Assembly: GCF_964204865.1 (NCBI RefSeq)
Contig: NC_135264.1
Span: 9,238,001 to 9,302,000, forward strand
Direction of reading: 5' to 3'
DNA: 64,000 nucleotides
From: Styela clava
Lineage: Eukaryota
Shown: positions 61,868-64,000 of the stretch, in pieces
How the letters are laid out: every line of letters begins with the position of its first letter
How positions within the stretch are numbered: the first letter of the stretch is position 1
Notes under the pieces: model-generated
Told to the model about the DNA's origin: nothing
Databases searched by the model: none
Seen by the model: only the letters and a program-made list of their open reading frames with translations
Made by a program: the position numbers and the translations under genes

Positions 61868-64000
61868 GGTTGAATATCCTTTCTCATTTGAGATAAACGA
61901 AATATATTTAGGAAAATAGTAATCCGTGAAAGTAAACTATAATATTGTATTGTCCTGTATAAAGCATGTATAATAATGAAGGATTTAAGGATTTGTAGGT
62001 TATCAAAAGAGATAAAACCAGCTTAGTGAAACATTACACAAATTAAGAAGCTTATTACATAACATGAGCATGGATAAAATATTATTTAGGCTTTGATTGT
62101 TTCAAGGAGACTACAATCTGAACTTTTAGGCTTCGTTACTTACTTCATAAGAGAGGCAAAAAAATATAGAAAAGGATTCAGCTAAAAATGCAAAAAAGTA
62201 CGATTGACCACTATTTTTTTGCATCTAACAATAAGAATATGACAGTTCTCAGTTTATGAGTAAGAATAGCCACCCAACCTCAATACTGTAATAATAACTG
62301 AAATAACTGTGTGATGTGCATTGCATGTCTGCCACTAAAAAAAATTCTAAATTGATGAGGAATATTAAAACATTAAAATCATCCTTCCTGGGTCAACATT
62401 ATTATCAAAATAAATGACACAGAATTTGATATTTCACACAGAATTTCCCCAGATAGTGGTTTCAAGTATTTTAAATTTATACCATTTGGCTCAATATCTC
62501 TATTATAATTCTGTCTTTATAAATGACACACTAATCAAAAAAAAAATACATTCAAATAAATGATGATTATTCTGACAACCAGCTTTACATGAGATATATC
62601 TGTATATAGGACATTGAGATTAAATAGAATTAAAGTGTACCCTATTGTGGAAAGTTATGGTCCTAACGCATTACTTTACTTTTTAAGCAGATTGATTGGA
62701 TTCTAATTCTGTCTATTTTTCCATTTCTAACTTACCACGGGTATAAATAACGAAGACTCACAGACACAATAAAGACAATTTTTAACAATCAATCGTAATT
62801 CATTGATTTGCTAATCCTACTACCGAGCATCAATTAGCAACTGACAACATATGCGTATTTGTTTCATACTACAGCACTACAATAAACGAATAATAAAATG
62901 TACAGTGATAAGTACAATAATATATGAATATTGAATATTCATTATTATTGCTTGTTGAGCAACATCTAATTTTTTCCTATATTTGTATATGTACGCACAA
63001 TCGAACATAAATTCCATACAGGCGTTTATAGACTATATCTAGCTAAATTTTTCTTCTCTATACAGAATTGAAAAAGTCAGTCCAATTTTTTTCGAAGGTT
63101 TTTAAAAAAAATAATAGCCCCTTGTATGTCAAGGGCAGTCCGTAGAGCGCCTTGCTGTTGCTGGGAGTGGAACATCAAACAAAAGTTTATTGAAATGGGA
63201 GAAAAATAGCTGCGGATTTGAAAGTACCACTAGAGGTAAAATAAACTTGACCTCAGCCAAAGAAATGAACAGAAGACTGAAGAAATAAGACTGCAAGAGG
63301 ATAGCATACCAAGTTAGGACAGAAGCTAATGAAATATTTTTTATTTTCAAATGCAATATAATCCAATATATATAAATCATAAATAAAATATAATAATATT
63401 CAAATAACAGAGTAAGGAATGTCCAATATACAGATACCGTACCTATATAATATAGGGTACCGGTATCGGTACTGGGAGATTCATGTTTAACAGAAATTTG
63501 TATAAATGAAGATCATTTTATGATAAAATCAATTTAGTGATACTGAAAAATTCAGATAAACATTCCTCTGCTTGATTTTCCATCTATTTAAATTATGTTC
63601 ATTATAACCTACCGGTACCGGTACGGTATAACTATCAGGTCATTTTGTCTTGAGATGTTACAGTGTTATCGTATCTATGTTATACCGTGCTCGGCATGAT
63701 AAAACGATTGAACACAGTACCCGGTACTGGTACCGGTATCCTGAAACACAGGCGGATAATTATTATAAGTTATGGCGCTTTCAATTATCAGGATTATGTG
63801 CGCCAGACTGAAGATTTTTTAGACAAAACAGGTCAGCATACAGTACTGACATGATCCAGGGCAAAATTACCTGATTTCTTGCTGTCAGGACTGAACTAGC
63901 ACTTCTCGATGCATATTTGTGAGCGATTACGAAGGAATGCAATAGGAAGTTTCAGCTTACTTTTTTCTATATGAATCACACACACGTGATTGATCTAAGA

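Overview
AT-rich eukaryotic genomic DNA with spliceosomal introns, most likely from an ascidian/tunicate (inferred from protein styles and muscle-promoter motifs). Left: the last eight exons of a cytosolic carboxypeptidase 1 gene (AGTPBP1/Nna1, M14 deglutamylase) on +. Its last intron (5793-10577) holds two tandem, intronless, same-strand sarcomeric myosin regulatory light chain genes. They encode identical 170-aa proteins ending in -QEEE, and each has its own muscle-type promoter. Middle (about 13-30 kb): repeat-rich DNA with non-autonomous DNA transposons (hAT, pogo-like, Merlin-like), a tRNA-derived SINE family, a 25-bp minisatellite, a probable ancient L1/Tx1 remnant and a candidate spliced non-coding gene. 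Right: a transposon-poor non-coding stretch around a single-exon FoxB CDS, then two convergent intronless BTB-Kelch genes, one with a duplicated BACK domain. Top observations: (1) the same-strand nested RLC pair inside a deglutamylase gene, a possible enzyme/substrate pairing; (2) one internal DNA cassette shared by three hAT MITEs with different termini, apparently inverted relative to the ends in one. All alignments were done by eye; no database searches were run.
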